A DNA stretch of 60,415 bases, counting the filler, from Sphacelaria rigidula (taxonomy: Eukaryota): assembly GCA_964200075.2 (NCBI GenBank). It is 10 parts of 10 records of this genome, joined end to end, with 100 filler letters (N's around TTAATTAATTAA, not from the genome) between each part and the next. Parts side by side here need not be neighbours in the genome. Positions count along the whole stretch, not along the records: positions 12,105 to 18,056 come from CAXNAA020023260.1; positions 18,157 to 24,108 come from CAXNAA020023261.1; positions 24,209 to 30,160 come from CAXNAA020023262.1; 7 more parts are not named here. The stretch is one strand, 5' to 3'. Position 1 is the first letter of the stretch. Each line of letters opens with the position of its first letter. The notes under the pieces were generated by a model that saw only the letters and a program-made list of their open reading frames with translations, was not told the origin of the DNA and did not search any database. The position numbers and the translations under genes were made by a program. Below are positions 15,087-26,227 of the stretch, piece by piece.

Positions 15087-18000
15087 GTCATGGCTGCACC
15101 TCTTCGACGATGTAGCATGGGATGGGGGGACCAAGGAGGGGTTTTGCGCTCATCTGGCTATCGTAATAGCGTCTAGTAGGAGGAGGGAGGAAGTAGGTTG
15201 TTTCCACCTTATCTAGATGGGTGTTCCGGGAATGTGTGCTTTGCTTCCCCGTCGCGATATTTGTCATTGGTTATTGCATGTGTGCTCGATATCAGCTCAT
15301 TAACAGAGATGGTATATACTCATGGACGGGATCATTTCGATCGCGATAGAAAATGAACGTACCTTTGAACACATTGAGTCTTGACCAGGAGAATTAGTGT
15401 CGGTGTCAGTCTGTGCACATATCGTTCTACAACTGCGTGTTTGTTTGGAGACAAGTGTTGTTTCATGTTGCATGCAAAACCGTTTCTCGAGCCGGGCTAG
15501 AATCTCTCATGTTTGTTGAGGGGAGTGGTTCAAGAAGACAGCCATGCGCACGCATGAGGAGCACATCAATCGCCTGCCTTCTCGAGACAATCATTTGTGC
15601 GTTTTGTGTTTCTCTTCCTGTTACAGCAGTGTTTGATGCATCATGTCTGTGTGTGAGATCTCGGGTGTATCGTTGAAGGGTGGCCGTGCTTTGTTGTTGT
15701 CATCTTAGAATAGCTCAAAAGAAAATAGTACATGATGTGGTTGTTGTCCGTCGGTGGTGCTGCGGCTATGCACTACTGTGTCAGCGTGAGTGATTGGAAT
15801 TTTTTCTCTCCGTGAAGTTTGTTACTTCCTCTCATCCTTGAGAACAGAGGAGATGCTCAGCCGAGGACTGTCTGTGGTGAGTTGTTTTCTGTGGTGTGGG
15901 TGTCACCCACCCCCCCTTGCCCGCAGACAACAATGCGTGCGTGGTCGTGCTGTATGCAGTGTAAACCGTTGTTTTCGTTTTTGCTCTTGTTTCGGTCGTT
16001 GAAAAAACCGTTGTTCGCATGCTGCTACAATGGTGAGTTGACGTGATAGAATATGACGTTCGGTCCGTTTTGGTTGAGGACTGTTGGGTGTGAAGAATGG
16101 TGTTGTTGCTGGAGCTGGTGCTGTTTTCTGCTTGCTGTTGTTGTAAAGGTCCACCTGCCACTACTCCCACCTCTGCTTGTACTGGTGCTGCCACCGCCTT
16201 GTTTTCAGGGGGATCGTTTCTTGCGGTGCATGCTGACTTGCCGTTGCAACTGTTGGTTTGCCGAATCGTTTGCCGAACCAACCACACTGACTTTCGTTTT
16301 TGTGCGAGTGTGCGTGTGTGTGTTCTGCTGGGTATACTAGTGGCTGACGGCTACTGCTTGGCACTGTTGGCAGGCCGCTATTTTGTGTGTTGGTGTTCGT
16401 TCTCTGGTTTTCGCAGACAAAGTGCTGACTTGCGTGTGCATGTGTGCCTCCTATGTGTGCATCCGACGACTCCACGCATTTGACGATTCCATGTTGTATT
16501 ATAATTTTCGCTGGCGTTGGTGTTGATGCCGATGCTCTTGTTGGAGTTGGCGTTTGCGATGGTGTTGGTGACAAGCGGGGCCCCCGCGGGTCGTACCTCG
16601 CCATCCCTGAGTCGTATGCACAAACACAGCAAAACGGAAGTGGAAAGCAAATAAGCACGCCCATGGCACACGTAGTACTGCTGTGGAGAGCTTGTTTGTG
16701 TTGTCATTATTGCTGCTGCCGTTGCTGTGTTTTTATTATACGTATTTTGTCTTTAGTCGCTGTGTCCGCGTGGTGCCTTTGAAGCGAGAAGATCGCATCG
16801 TCGGCGATGTAGTGTACTGGTGTAAATGTTGACAATTCATATTTGCACGTATCATGAAGAGCTCTGTTCAATGTGCTCGGTTGACGGTTGCTCTTGATTT
16901 GATACATTGTTGATGCTGTGCATGTTACGGAGAAAAGCTTGTTTTTCGTCTATCCAGTTGACAATGTTGAATGGAGACATTTGTGTTTCGGTGTAAGAAA
17001 CGATAAACCAGACGTAGTTGGCCGTTCAATAGTTGGGTTGAGTGTATTACACTGAGGTTCATGAACGGGATGGTTCTTGTGTAGGATTCGTCGTCGTGTG
17101 AAGCATGTATCTGTGCGAGGCGCGGTATTCGAGATGGCGTTTCTGCGCCTTTATTGATTTCGCATATCTTCGTTGGGACAATCCGTGCGTTTTTTTTACG
17201 CCGTTTCGAAACACCGGTATCTAATAAAAAAACATGTTCAAATAGCAAACAACACTGGGACCACCTCTCTTGCATCTCAATTCCCCATCGGCCTGACGAA
17301 TTGCATCACGACCATGGAGGCAGCTTCACACGCAGCTCAATCATCGCTTTGCGCGCGCTTGCATGGAGTTTGTCGCGTGTGTTCCATCGTCCGGCGGTTC
17401 GGTAGCCGATCACACGCACGCAGTCAGCGGATAACGTCCAACATCTCTGATTGATTGTCGCACATCATCTGATCCTCGAGGGTCCCAGCCGTGATCACTG
17501 AGTAGACGAGCAACATCGATCACAAAGCGAGCAGAGTGTCTGGGGCTGGGCGCCTTATTGATGGTCAATGTGGCCTTTTGTTCCCAAGAGATTGTATTGC
17601 CCACCTTGCTCGGGGTTGATGAACGCAAGCAAGCTATCGCACCACTCGATTCGCACGGGGTTGAGCGTTGAGGCCTGAGAACGAAAACGTACGTTCTTCC
17701 CACATATATCAGCCGTGAGTACGATGGAAGTGCAATCAGCAGAAACCCCCTCAAGGTCTTGGCACTCGTGACACGTACTTGTGAATTTCCAACCCCCTCC
17801 CCTTCGGTTCACCCGAATCTGTATAATCATGTTGAGCCTACAGCCTGAATGGGGTTATGTTTACAAACCTCATGTATGTGTCTATATATGTAAACACGAA
17901 GTAGGCGACGGCCGACTTGGGCTGCGGGTCAAGAGTATCTGTCCAAAAGTCGGACACAGAGGGTTGCTCCATCTGGGGGGGGGGGGGGGGGGGGGGGGGA

Positions 18001-18156
18001 GGGGGGGGCTCCGTGGGTGGGTTGGGGGGGGGGGGGGGGGGGGATTGGAGAGAAACNNNNNNNNNNNNNNNNNNNNNNNNNNNNNNNNNNNNNNNNNNNN
18101 TTAATTAATTAANNNNNNNNNNNNNNNNNNNNNNNNNNNNNNNNNNNNNNNNNNNN

Positions 18157-18730
18157 CTCACTGCGTAAGCTAGGCAACCAGGTTACCGCTTTTTTTTTTC
18201 TCAGCACTACCTTCCAGTTGAAACATATCACGCTTTCAAGACGTTTCCCCGGCTAGTGGAGGTGCTATTTCGAGAAGAGGGGTCATTCGCTTCATGTCGA
18301 ACCCTCTTTTTCGGCAGAACAGCTTGGGCTCGCACTACCTTCCAGATATGTCTCAGCACAATAGGGATGATCGTACTACGTAGTGTTTAAATGGTGGGAC
18401 ACTCATGAGGCAGTGTATGAGCCGTGGCTATCTCTGGAAGTGGCGATACCAGATAATGAAGTAACTCATTGTAGGCTGTCACCCAAGTGCAAGATTATCA
18501 GTAGGTTTCGGGCCGAACAACCTTAGCAGGATACTCAAGTATGCACTTCACCCTTCATGCGATTCGCCGAACACACCACGGCGCTTCGCGCTTGGTGATT
18601 TGAGTGCGAGACTGGTCCGGCGAAAACCCGGCGTGCTCCGTCCTGGCTCTGTAGGGATGCGAGATCAATGGTCTTATGACTATGGCATGCATGATCGTGA
18701 CTACACCCCCCCCCCGCCCCACCCCCCTCC
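18157..18730 (+). mobile_element. Interspersed repeat ending in CATGATC(A/G)TGA(G/C)TACA-C-tract; long reverse copy at ~59845-60317, short end copies at 30261-30328, 40320-40420, 55105-55195, 60370-60415
   Basis: CCCTTCATGCGA, CACCACGGCGCTTCGCGCTTGGTGATTT and GGTCCGGCGAAAACCCGGCGTGCT shared between contigs 4 and 10. Confidence 0.85.
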
Positions 18731-18761
18731 CATGGCTTGCACCCGCATACTCTCTGCTCAC

Positions 18762-21732
18762 GTGGATAGCGCTACCGCAGTGTCCCTCAGAGCCAGAGCA
18801 GCAGCTCTCTCGTCCACTGACACCTTGTTGCGGTTGTCCCGAAAAAGCGATTGGCACAGACTCACAGCCTCCGGCACCTTGCCCTTGCTGGAGAGTTCGA
18901 TGGCCAGGTGGCTCACCACACGCGACCACGGTACGCCCAGGAGCTCCGACAACCGACGAGCCCTCCATCCATGAGAGAAAAACATGTATAAGCGGCGGAT
19001 GATTAATTTTCTTGTTCGACGAGGGCAGCAACGTGGAGGTGAAGTGAAAGAGGCCGTCCACTATCAACGTGTTGATACATTTCGCTCTACGTGAAGTTTG
19101 CCTCGTTGTTGAGTGATGGGTTATCCAGCTTTACCGTGTCACCAGCTTCGGCGAAGGATACGTCTGCGCACTCACTCGGACCTACCCAGCAATGTATATT
19201 GCTCCTCCCTTCCAACAAAAATCACCACATACGTTTTCATCAGGCTGGAAGGACCGCTCAGCAGAGCACAGCACAGCAGAGCACAGCAGAGCACAGTACA
19301 GCACAGATCACCCAAAAAAACCCAAACAAACGCCGAACCATGAGGAACCATGCCCAATAGAACCATGACAACCGCAGCCTGAGGAAAAAACAAAAAACAG
19401 AATTCTCACCTGTGCAGCAAACGCGGCAAAGCACGCATCTTGTGCTTGCTCGCCCATTCTCCGCCGACGGCCGCCCTCGCACCCTTCTTCGTGGTGCGCA
19501 AAGCTGGCGCAGCAACATTTCGCTCCTTGCCGCCCGTCGGAATATGAGCGGTCGCCGTCGTCTTAGGGGCGTCAGTGCCGTGCGGGCGAACGGGGACGCG
19601 GGGAAAGAAGGCGCCCTTGGTGAGCGAAATTCCGAATTATTACAGTAGAGTTAACCGGCGGTGGGCTACGAATGTCCATGGTTGATAATAACTTGATTCG
19701 AGTGTGTACAACGAGATATCGGATCTTTAGTAGGGCTGACAGTCCCGCGTGCTCCTCGCGTGCGCAGAACAAGTTTTCGTTGAAATCGGCGCCACAGGCG
19801 CCGATTTGGGGTCCACCGAGGCCGCACGTTGCCTAAGGAATGCTATATACCGCCCTTGCCCGGGGGTTCTCGGTATGCGTTGGGTTGGGGTTAGGGTTTT
19901 CAGGGGTGGCGATACTTGTTAAATTGTGTCAACCATGGACATTTGTAGCCCAACGCCGATTTACTTGCCTCAGTCATCAGGCTTTGCTATGTCGAGTAAC
20001 TAATATTTTCTCGAGCGTTCAGAAGACAGACACTGCAGGAACTTCCCCCTCTCAAAATAACCGAGGTTGGACGGTGCATCGCTGCGGGTGTTCTACTGCG
20101 AGGATGCTGGCGTCGCCGAGGCCCCCGAGGAAGAAAAATCCAGGCGTGCTCACCGTCTCGGGCGTGGAAAAACGGATCCGGGCACCCAACTGAACCATGT
20201 CGAAAAAAGCATTACTCGAACCTCGACGCGGGCAGACCGTGAACCCTCGGGCGACGGGGGTGTACTGCCGTTCCACGGGCAAAGTGTGCCCTGTTTTTGC
20301 TCAAAATAGGTGCCAAGTTGAGGGGAAACGGCTAACAGCACAGCTTGCCACAACCGTACCTCATGTATCAGGGAACAGGGTCTCGTGAAAACCAGGTAAC
20401 GGCAAGTGTGTGAAGATTCGGATCTGGTTTTTGCGCCAGAGATGTCAATCACTACCGAGCAAAAGCAAGAACAGGAAAGAAAAATGGCGGGTGCATATGC
20501 ATGCCAGAGACACACCTGAGCTTCGTGGAAGAGCGCTTCCAGTCCCGACAGCCGCTCCTTCAGCACCCTCCAGCACCCCGGACCGCCGGTAGCCCTGCCG
20601 CCGCTACCGCCTCGTGCCCGAATCGTGGCGAGAGATACAAACGCCCCGAACTCCGTTTGCAAGGCGGTTATCCTCCGGAGATCGTTTGCGATACAACCCA
20701 GGTCGGTATCGATCGAGCTGCATGTACATCCGAAAGGTGAGCGTATAGGTGAGGGGGAGAGGAGGGGGGGGGGGGAAGAATTTTAAAAGTTCAGGNNNNN
20801 NNNNNTGCATAGTGGGGGATGAAGGTCGAGAGGGGGGGTGTTGAGGGTGGGGGGGGGGGGGGGGGGGGGGGGAGATTGTTTAAATGTCCCGGATGTAAAT
20901 TTTCTGTGTTTTTCCCGTCGGCGAAATGAAGGAGTTGATGTGGGCAAAAAGATAATGAGGAAGCCGTAGAGCGTTCTTGCCCCCGCTATTTTGCACCTGT
21001 TTGAGCCTCCTCTAAAAACATAACGGTTGCAAAACTTTAGTCAGAGGGGTGTAGACGGAGGAAGCCGGGGATGCTATCCCCATCTAAATCTCCTGAGCAG
21101 CCTGGTCTCTCTCTCACACACACAGAAAGATCACGACACAGTACATGCCACATACACTTATGGAACACCCGTGTTTTGACTCACGAACGATGGCACCCGC
21201 CCCTCACCAGTCCTCGATGTATTTCAACACATGTACCAACCGCCGCGTCAGAATGGGGTCATGATCCCCCCCAGGACATGCAAACCTTCCATGACCAATG
21301 TGGATGGTTGGCAGATTATCGCATTCCAATACATACTTCCAAGCGTACAATATAGAGGAGGAGAATGACGGTCGAACCAGGGGGGTCAACCCTCTCCAGT
21401 ACGGGAGAGCTGTGCGTACATGACGAAGCCTCTTACTCGAGCGTATCCGAGATCCCGAGCCGGCCCGGTCTCTCCCGCAAGAAGGCCACAACGGCGGACG
21501 CGGCAGCTGCCACCAGTACAGCCTCTTCTGCATCCGAACCAACTTCGAGAGCGATGCTGTCGCTTGCGGTAGGCCCTTCATCGCCATCGGCGTTGGGAAG
21601 GTCGTCGGGCGATACTCGGCACCCCGATAGCTGTAGTTGTTTCGAAGGTTTACAAAAAAAAATAAACGGCAGGCAGCGAGAACAAAATATTACCCTGATT
21701 TTTATGGAACCGTGAGGGGGTACTGTCGTTCT

Positions 21733-21785
<53 letters not shown>

Positions 21786-23321
21786 TGTCATAGAGAGGAA
21801 CACGAACAAGAAATGCTTGAACCTGCTCCAAGGGGTACAGCTGCTCGTACACTACTCGTCTCGTCTTCATGTTTACTTCTCCACGTGTTGACTGACCCCT
21901 TGGGAACCCGTTGACGATTCTTGTTTTCGTGAATCGGCATCATTTTGACTTGAAAATGCCTGAAAATGATGCCGATTCACGAAAATAAAAGTCAAGGGGT
22001 TCCGAAAGGGTTAGCAAAACACACAGACGAAGAAGAGAAAAGAAATGCTCGAGTGTTCTTCGGACGCGTCTCCACAGCTCTTTTCATGTGTCCCGTGAGC
22101 GAACGTATCCATGTGAGAGCACGAGCACGAAACGTGTCAAGAGAAAAAGGTTCACCGGCAAACTGTGACACTTCAGGTAATCATATCCCGCTCCCCTCGT
22201 CCTTCCCCCCGGTTGTTTTTCTTTGCGGAATAGCTTCCCAAGCCTAACTGAAGCAGTAAAGTTCCGAATAACGACCGCTCTGCAGCAAACCAAACCAAAC
22301 AAAACGAAACAAAACGAACGACGCAAGGGTAGCACGTGAAAATGTGTGGGATGGCCAAATCAAATGGCAGCACTAGATAAGGATTTCACAAAGAAACAAG
22401 AACGCACAAACGCCGACGTAAAGTGCCGAAACTGAACCTCCATGCTGCAGTCTCAACGCCACTTTCCTGTCGTTCACCTGCGATGGAACCACTTTGTTTT
22501 TTTTGTTTCTCACATTAGCCCTCTACCAAACATCTAGCCCCCGGGGTCACAGAGCCGAAAACACGGAGCCCCGCAGGACGGGGTTCCACAACATGTTCGT
22601 GAAAAGTAAAAATATATCCAGAAAATACACGTACGACTCGGAAAAACACAAAAATTGTGAGAAATATATATATACGGTGAGGCCGCTTCAAATAGTCAGA
22701 GAACGGTCTCTCGGAGACATGCCCTTTTCGAGCCTCCTATCGCAGATTTTCGGCGGAATCCGTACCTTGACAGACCAGGCCGACCACCTCTGAAAGATTT
22801 GCTACATGCTCTCCAAGAGAATTCTAGCGCACTTTCCCCTTCTTTTGTGCTTCCAGTTTTACTTTTGGCCGTACTTTTTCCCGACAACTCGAAGATTTTT
22901 GAGGCAACTGAAAAAATCGGGGAGTCCGGCCAAAAGTAAAACAGGGCGCACGAAAATTGGGAAAGTGCACGAGATTCATCTTGGAAAGCATAGAAAATTT
23001 TTCGGAGGAGGTCCAATCCGCCTAGGCCCGGATTCCGTCGAAATCTTCGGTCAAAGGCTCAAAAAGGACGTTTCTCCGAGAGCCCGTTTTCTGACCGTAA
23101 AAGAGGTGAACTTCCAGAGTACGCGAGCCAGAAGAGGACGAAAAGTGGAACAGGCGAGCTACACAGGTCGGCATACCGAACAAGCTAGGACAAGTATTGT
23201 CGATCAGGTTATGGAAAAAGAAAACCGTACCTGTCCGGAGGCAAGCCCTGCGTAGGCGGCATCCATCTCCAGTTCTTCCAGAAGACGGATGAGATATAAT
23301 AGGACCTCTTCTGCCACTCGC
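18762..23321 (-). CDS. KNTC1: Partial ROD/KNTC1-like kinetochore protein; exons 23231-23321, 21437-21630, 20516-20717, 19410-19615, 18762-18962
   Basis: All five exons have AG/GT borders with matching phases (0,2,0,2). Spliced peptide RVAEEVLLYLIRLLEE...RRITALQTEFGAFVSL...LHRARRLSELLGV...LAIELSSKGKVPEAVSLCQSLF is colinear with ROD motifs as I recall them. Exon chain is solid; family identity is moderate. Confidence 0.6.
19656..19958. mobile_element. Intact intronic MITE with 30-bp TIR; partial third copy at ~48020-48110
   Basis: CGGCGGTGGGCTACGAATGTCCATGGTTGA ... TCAACCATGGACATTTGTAGCCCAACGCCG (2 mismatches). Confidence 0.85.
21745..21783 (+). repeat. (CTG)n microsatellite, intronic
   Basis: Direct reading. 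Confidence 0.95.
21896..22010. mobile_element. Short palindromic MITE with CCC...GGG termini
   Basis: TTTTCGTGAATCGGCATCATTTT / AAAATGATGCCGATTCACGAAAA; flanks CTGA/TTAG (degenerate TTAA). Confidence 0.7.
22695..23095. mobile_element. Foldback element in an intron of the ROD-like gene
   Basis: GTCAGAGAACGGTCTCTCGGAGA / TCTCCGAGAGCCCGTTTTCTGAC; GTTTTACTTTTGGCCG / CGGCCAAAAGTAAAAC. Confidence 0.7.
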
Positions 23322-26227
23322 CTATGATATCACAGCACAACGCGATTTTGATCATTCGGAATAAAGTATTGTGAGTGCGCCATACGTCCAATAAGTTTGT
23401 GAGTGTGTGAGTGAATGTGTGAGTGTGTGTGTGCGTGCCAAAATCTGAATCGGCTCATGAGTTTAGGCCGCTCCAGTTTTTTTTTTCAAAGTCAACATTT
23501 TTGCCGAATGTCTTCTCGAAAAAAAAAAACGGATGCAACTACCGAGACTGATCCTGCAAGCGTACATATTATCCAGCCAGAGTGCGGTGGTAGTATGAGT
23601 ATCAGTCAAACCTCTTCTCCAAGATATGAAATGAGATACTAAAACGACATAGCTACCTGCAGTCAGTCTAGCACGAACAACTCCCGTAGCACCCTTCGGT
23701 GCAAAATAAAAGGGCGTTTTTATTGTTCCACGGCGGATACTGGACACTGTACGGGGCTTGGAGAGTGGCCTGCAAACGCACCGTTGTACTCATTTGTGCG
23801 TGGGACACGCAACAATAGCACACGACACTGCAGCCGCCGCAATGCGGTAATCGAAAGTGAATTGATACAACTTAACGAACACTACAAGGGCGAAAAGAAC
23901 TCGCCAGATGCGTTTGAGTTTTTTTCTCTCCAAATAATCTCCCGTTGTTGAAAGCATGAGGATGTACATGAGGACGTACGTGAGTAGCAAAAAGAATTTG
24001 CTTCACAGACTTGATTCGACAAGAGCCGACGCAGTGCGGGAGTGCTGATGGTCATGATCCAATCCGCGATGATATCAAAATGCAAGGCGCGTACCGGGGG
24101 AGGGGGGGNNNNNNNNNNNNNNNNNNNNNNNNNNNNNNNNNNNNNNNNNNNNTTAATTAATTAANNNNNNNNNNNNNNNNNNNNNNNNNNNNNNNNNNNN
24201 NNNNNNNNGACAGAGGAAGTATATATATATATATATAGTGAGAGACCTGACTAATTTTCATGGCTGCTGCCAGTCTCTATTATACCGACAAAACTGAGGA
24301 TCTCCCTCTTTGATTTTCTCTGAACTGAAGGGAAATTCATGTCCTCGCGGGTTGAGTTTTCGGACCTCAAGCATGTGGGCATTTCTGTTTCTCGGCTAGC
24401 TGCGAGAAAACGATAACAAGTCTCGGATTTTCTGGACGAATGTCCACCTTACAATTAAAATGAGACAAGTCCAAGTAAATATGTATGCACGATGTAAACA
24501 AATCTGCCTGCGGTCCAGATCTATCCCTCGCGAGCACACACACACACGTGTCTCAACTTGAGCAGTAAATAAGATGGAAAAAATATCGAACGTCAACGTC
24601 TAGAGAATCGTAGAAATGGCCCGTTTTCCTTATAGCTATCCGAGGAACATTGCTCAACGGACTGGCGTCCGAAAACTTGTTCCGCAGTAAAAAAACGCGT
24701 TCAGAGAGACTGAAATCCCGAGATCTGTAAAAATACATCCAGATTGGTCGCCGTAGAAAATGATGTAAAAATACTTTTTTTTGTGTGTTGTATGTCTCAC
24801 GCGAGTTCATTGTTATTGTCGAACATTAAGTGACGAGTAAATAAAATATATGAAGAGTATGGAAACAAAAAACATACCACACGACGAAGATAGAGATAGC
24901 ACCAGGCTCGGGCAGTATCCGCAAGCTGCCTCCTGAGGATCATTACTCCTGGCCGGTCATTCAAACGTTTCAAATTTTGTGGCCACCTCTCTGTTCTACC
25001 AAATGAATATGGTATTAATAGTTATGCTTACGCAGGATGCGCGGCCAATACTGAAGCGTTCAGAAAGAGCTATTTCGGCCAAGGGAGCGTGTATTTGTCC
25101 ACGATCATATTTGAGGACGTGATTCTGATGTTGAGTGAATAGTTTACTCGCACTACAGAGCCCGAAAGAGGGCGAAGAAAAGTGGACACAAAGCTGGAAG
25201 TGACCCTGAAGACGGACAGCTGCGATTTGAGCGCAAACCTGATTCGGAACACATCACACCCTGGACAAAATACAGTCAAAAGATGCAATAGACGAGAAGT
25301 GTACTGCATAAAATTATAGGCCTATTGCAACTATTGCCGGCCGACAATAGTCGCAATAGGCACATACTTTATGCAGTACTTTTCTTGTCTATTGCAACTA
25401 TTGACCATATATTTTGTCCAAGGTGTGAAATATATCCATGGATGACCTTCGTCCTTCACAGAGACGACGGCGAACCAACTTCCGCACACATGTATAGAGA
25501 GGGTACGCCGTGGTTCTCATGATACAGTAAGTAAATAATCGTTTCAGCCGCAACGATCCCAAGACTTGTATGCAGCATGAGTCAAGCGCGTCCACGCGAG
25601 AACAAACTCAAGCAAGCAAAACTTCCGCAGGCGATGCGAAATAAAATTCCCTTTTTCTTCAGGTATGTATAGAATGCAGGCGCCAGGGCGAAGGAGAACA
25701 ACACTGAACACACGGGCACGAAAACGCTTCACCGAAGTATACCAAACACTCTGAAAAGGCGAATATATACAGAAGCACAGGAGTTTTAGTTTATCGGAAG
25801 CTTCAGTGCGCAACCAAGCTGAAGGACACGCGTGAACGGAAACACCCCCTCCCGGCGAGGGAGAGCTAGCTAACGTGATTGTAGGCACGTTCGTGTTCCA
25901 TTTCCAGGAAGAACTCCTCTTTTGGATTCAGACACTTAGTCTTGTTGGCAGGTCGCCTAGGTATACATGGACTGGTATCAACAGTCGCCCAGCATCGGTG
26001 CCAGGACGAAGCCCGTTTTAATCTGAATCTAAAAGTACCATGTCCAAACGTCTCGCCATGCATACACATTTAACATGACACTGTACACTCATGCAAGCAT
26101 CTAAATCGGAATAAGCCACAGCCAACAGGACAATTCCAGTGAAATGAAAACTACTGGCGTGCTTGTCAGCAGACTCGAAAAGCCAGCAGCACCGGAACCA
26201 AACACGCTACATACACACAAAAGACCT

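Noticed and set aside
13853..15118. Long antisense and alternate-frame ORFs over the Gly-rich exon, AMT1, Zwilch and gypsy regions
   Set aside because: Shadow ORFs expected from GC-rich coding sequence.
20796..20805. Internal 10-N gap beside G-tracts
   Set aside because: Ordinary scaffolding gap at homopolymers; the exon chain stays in phase across it.
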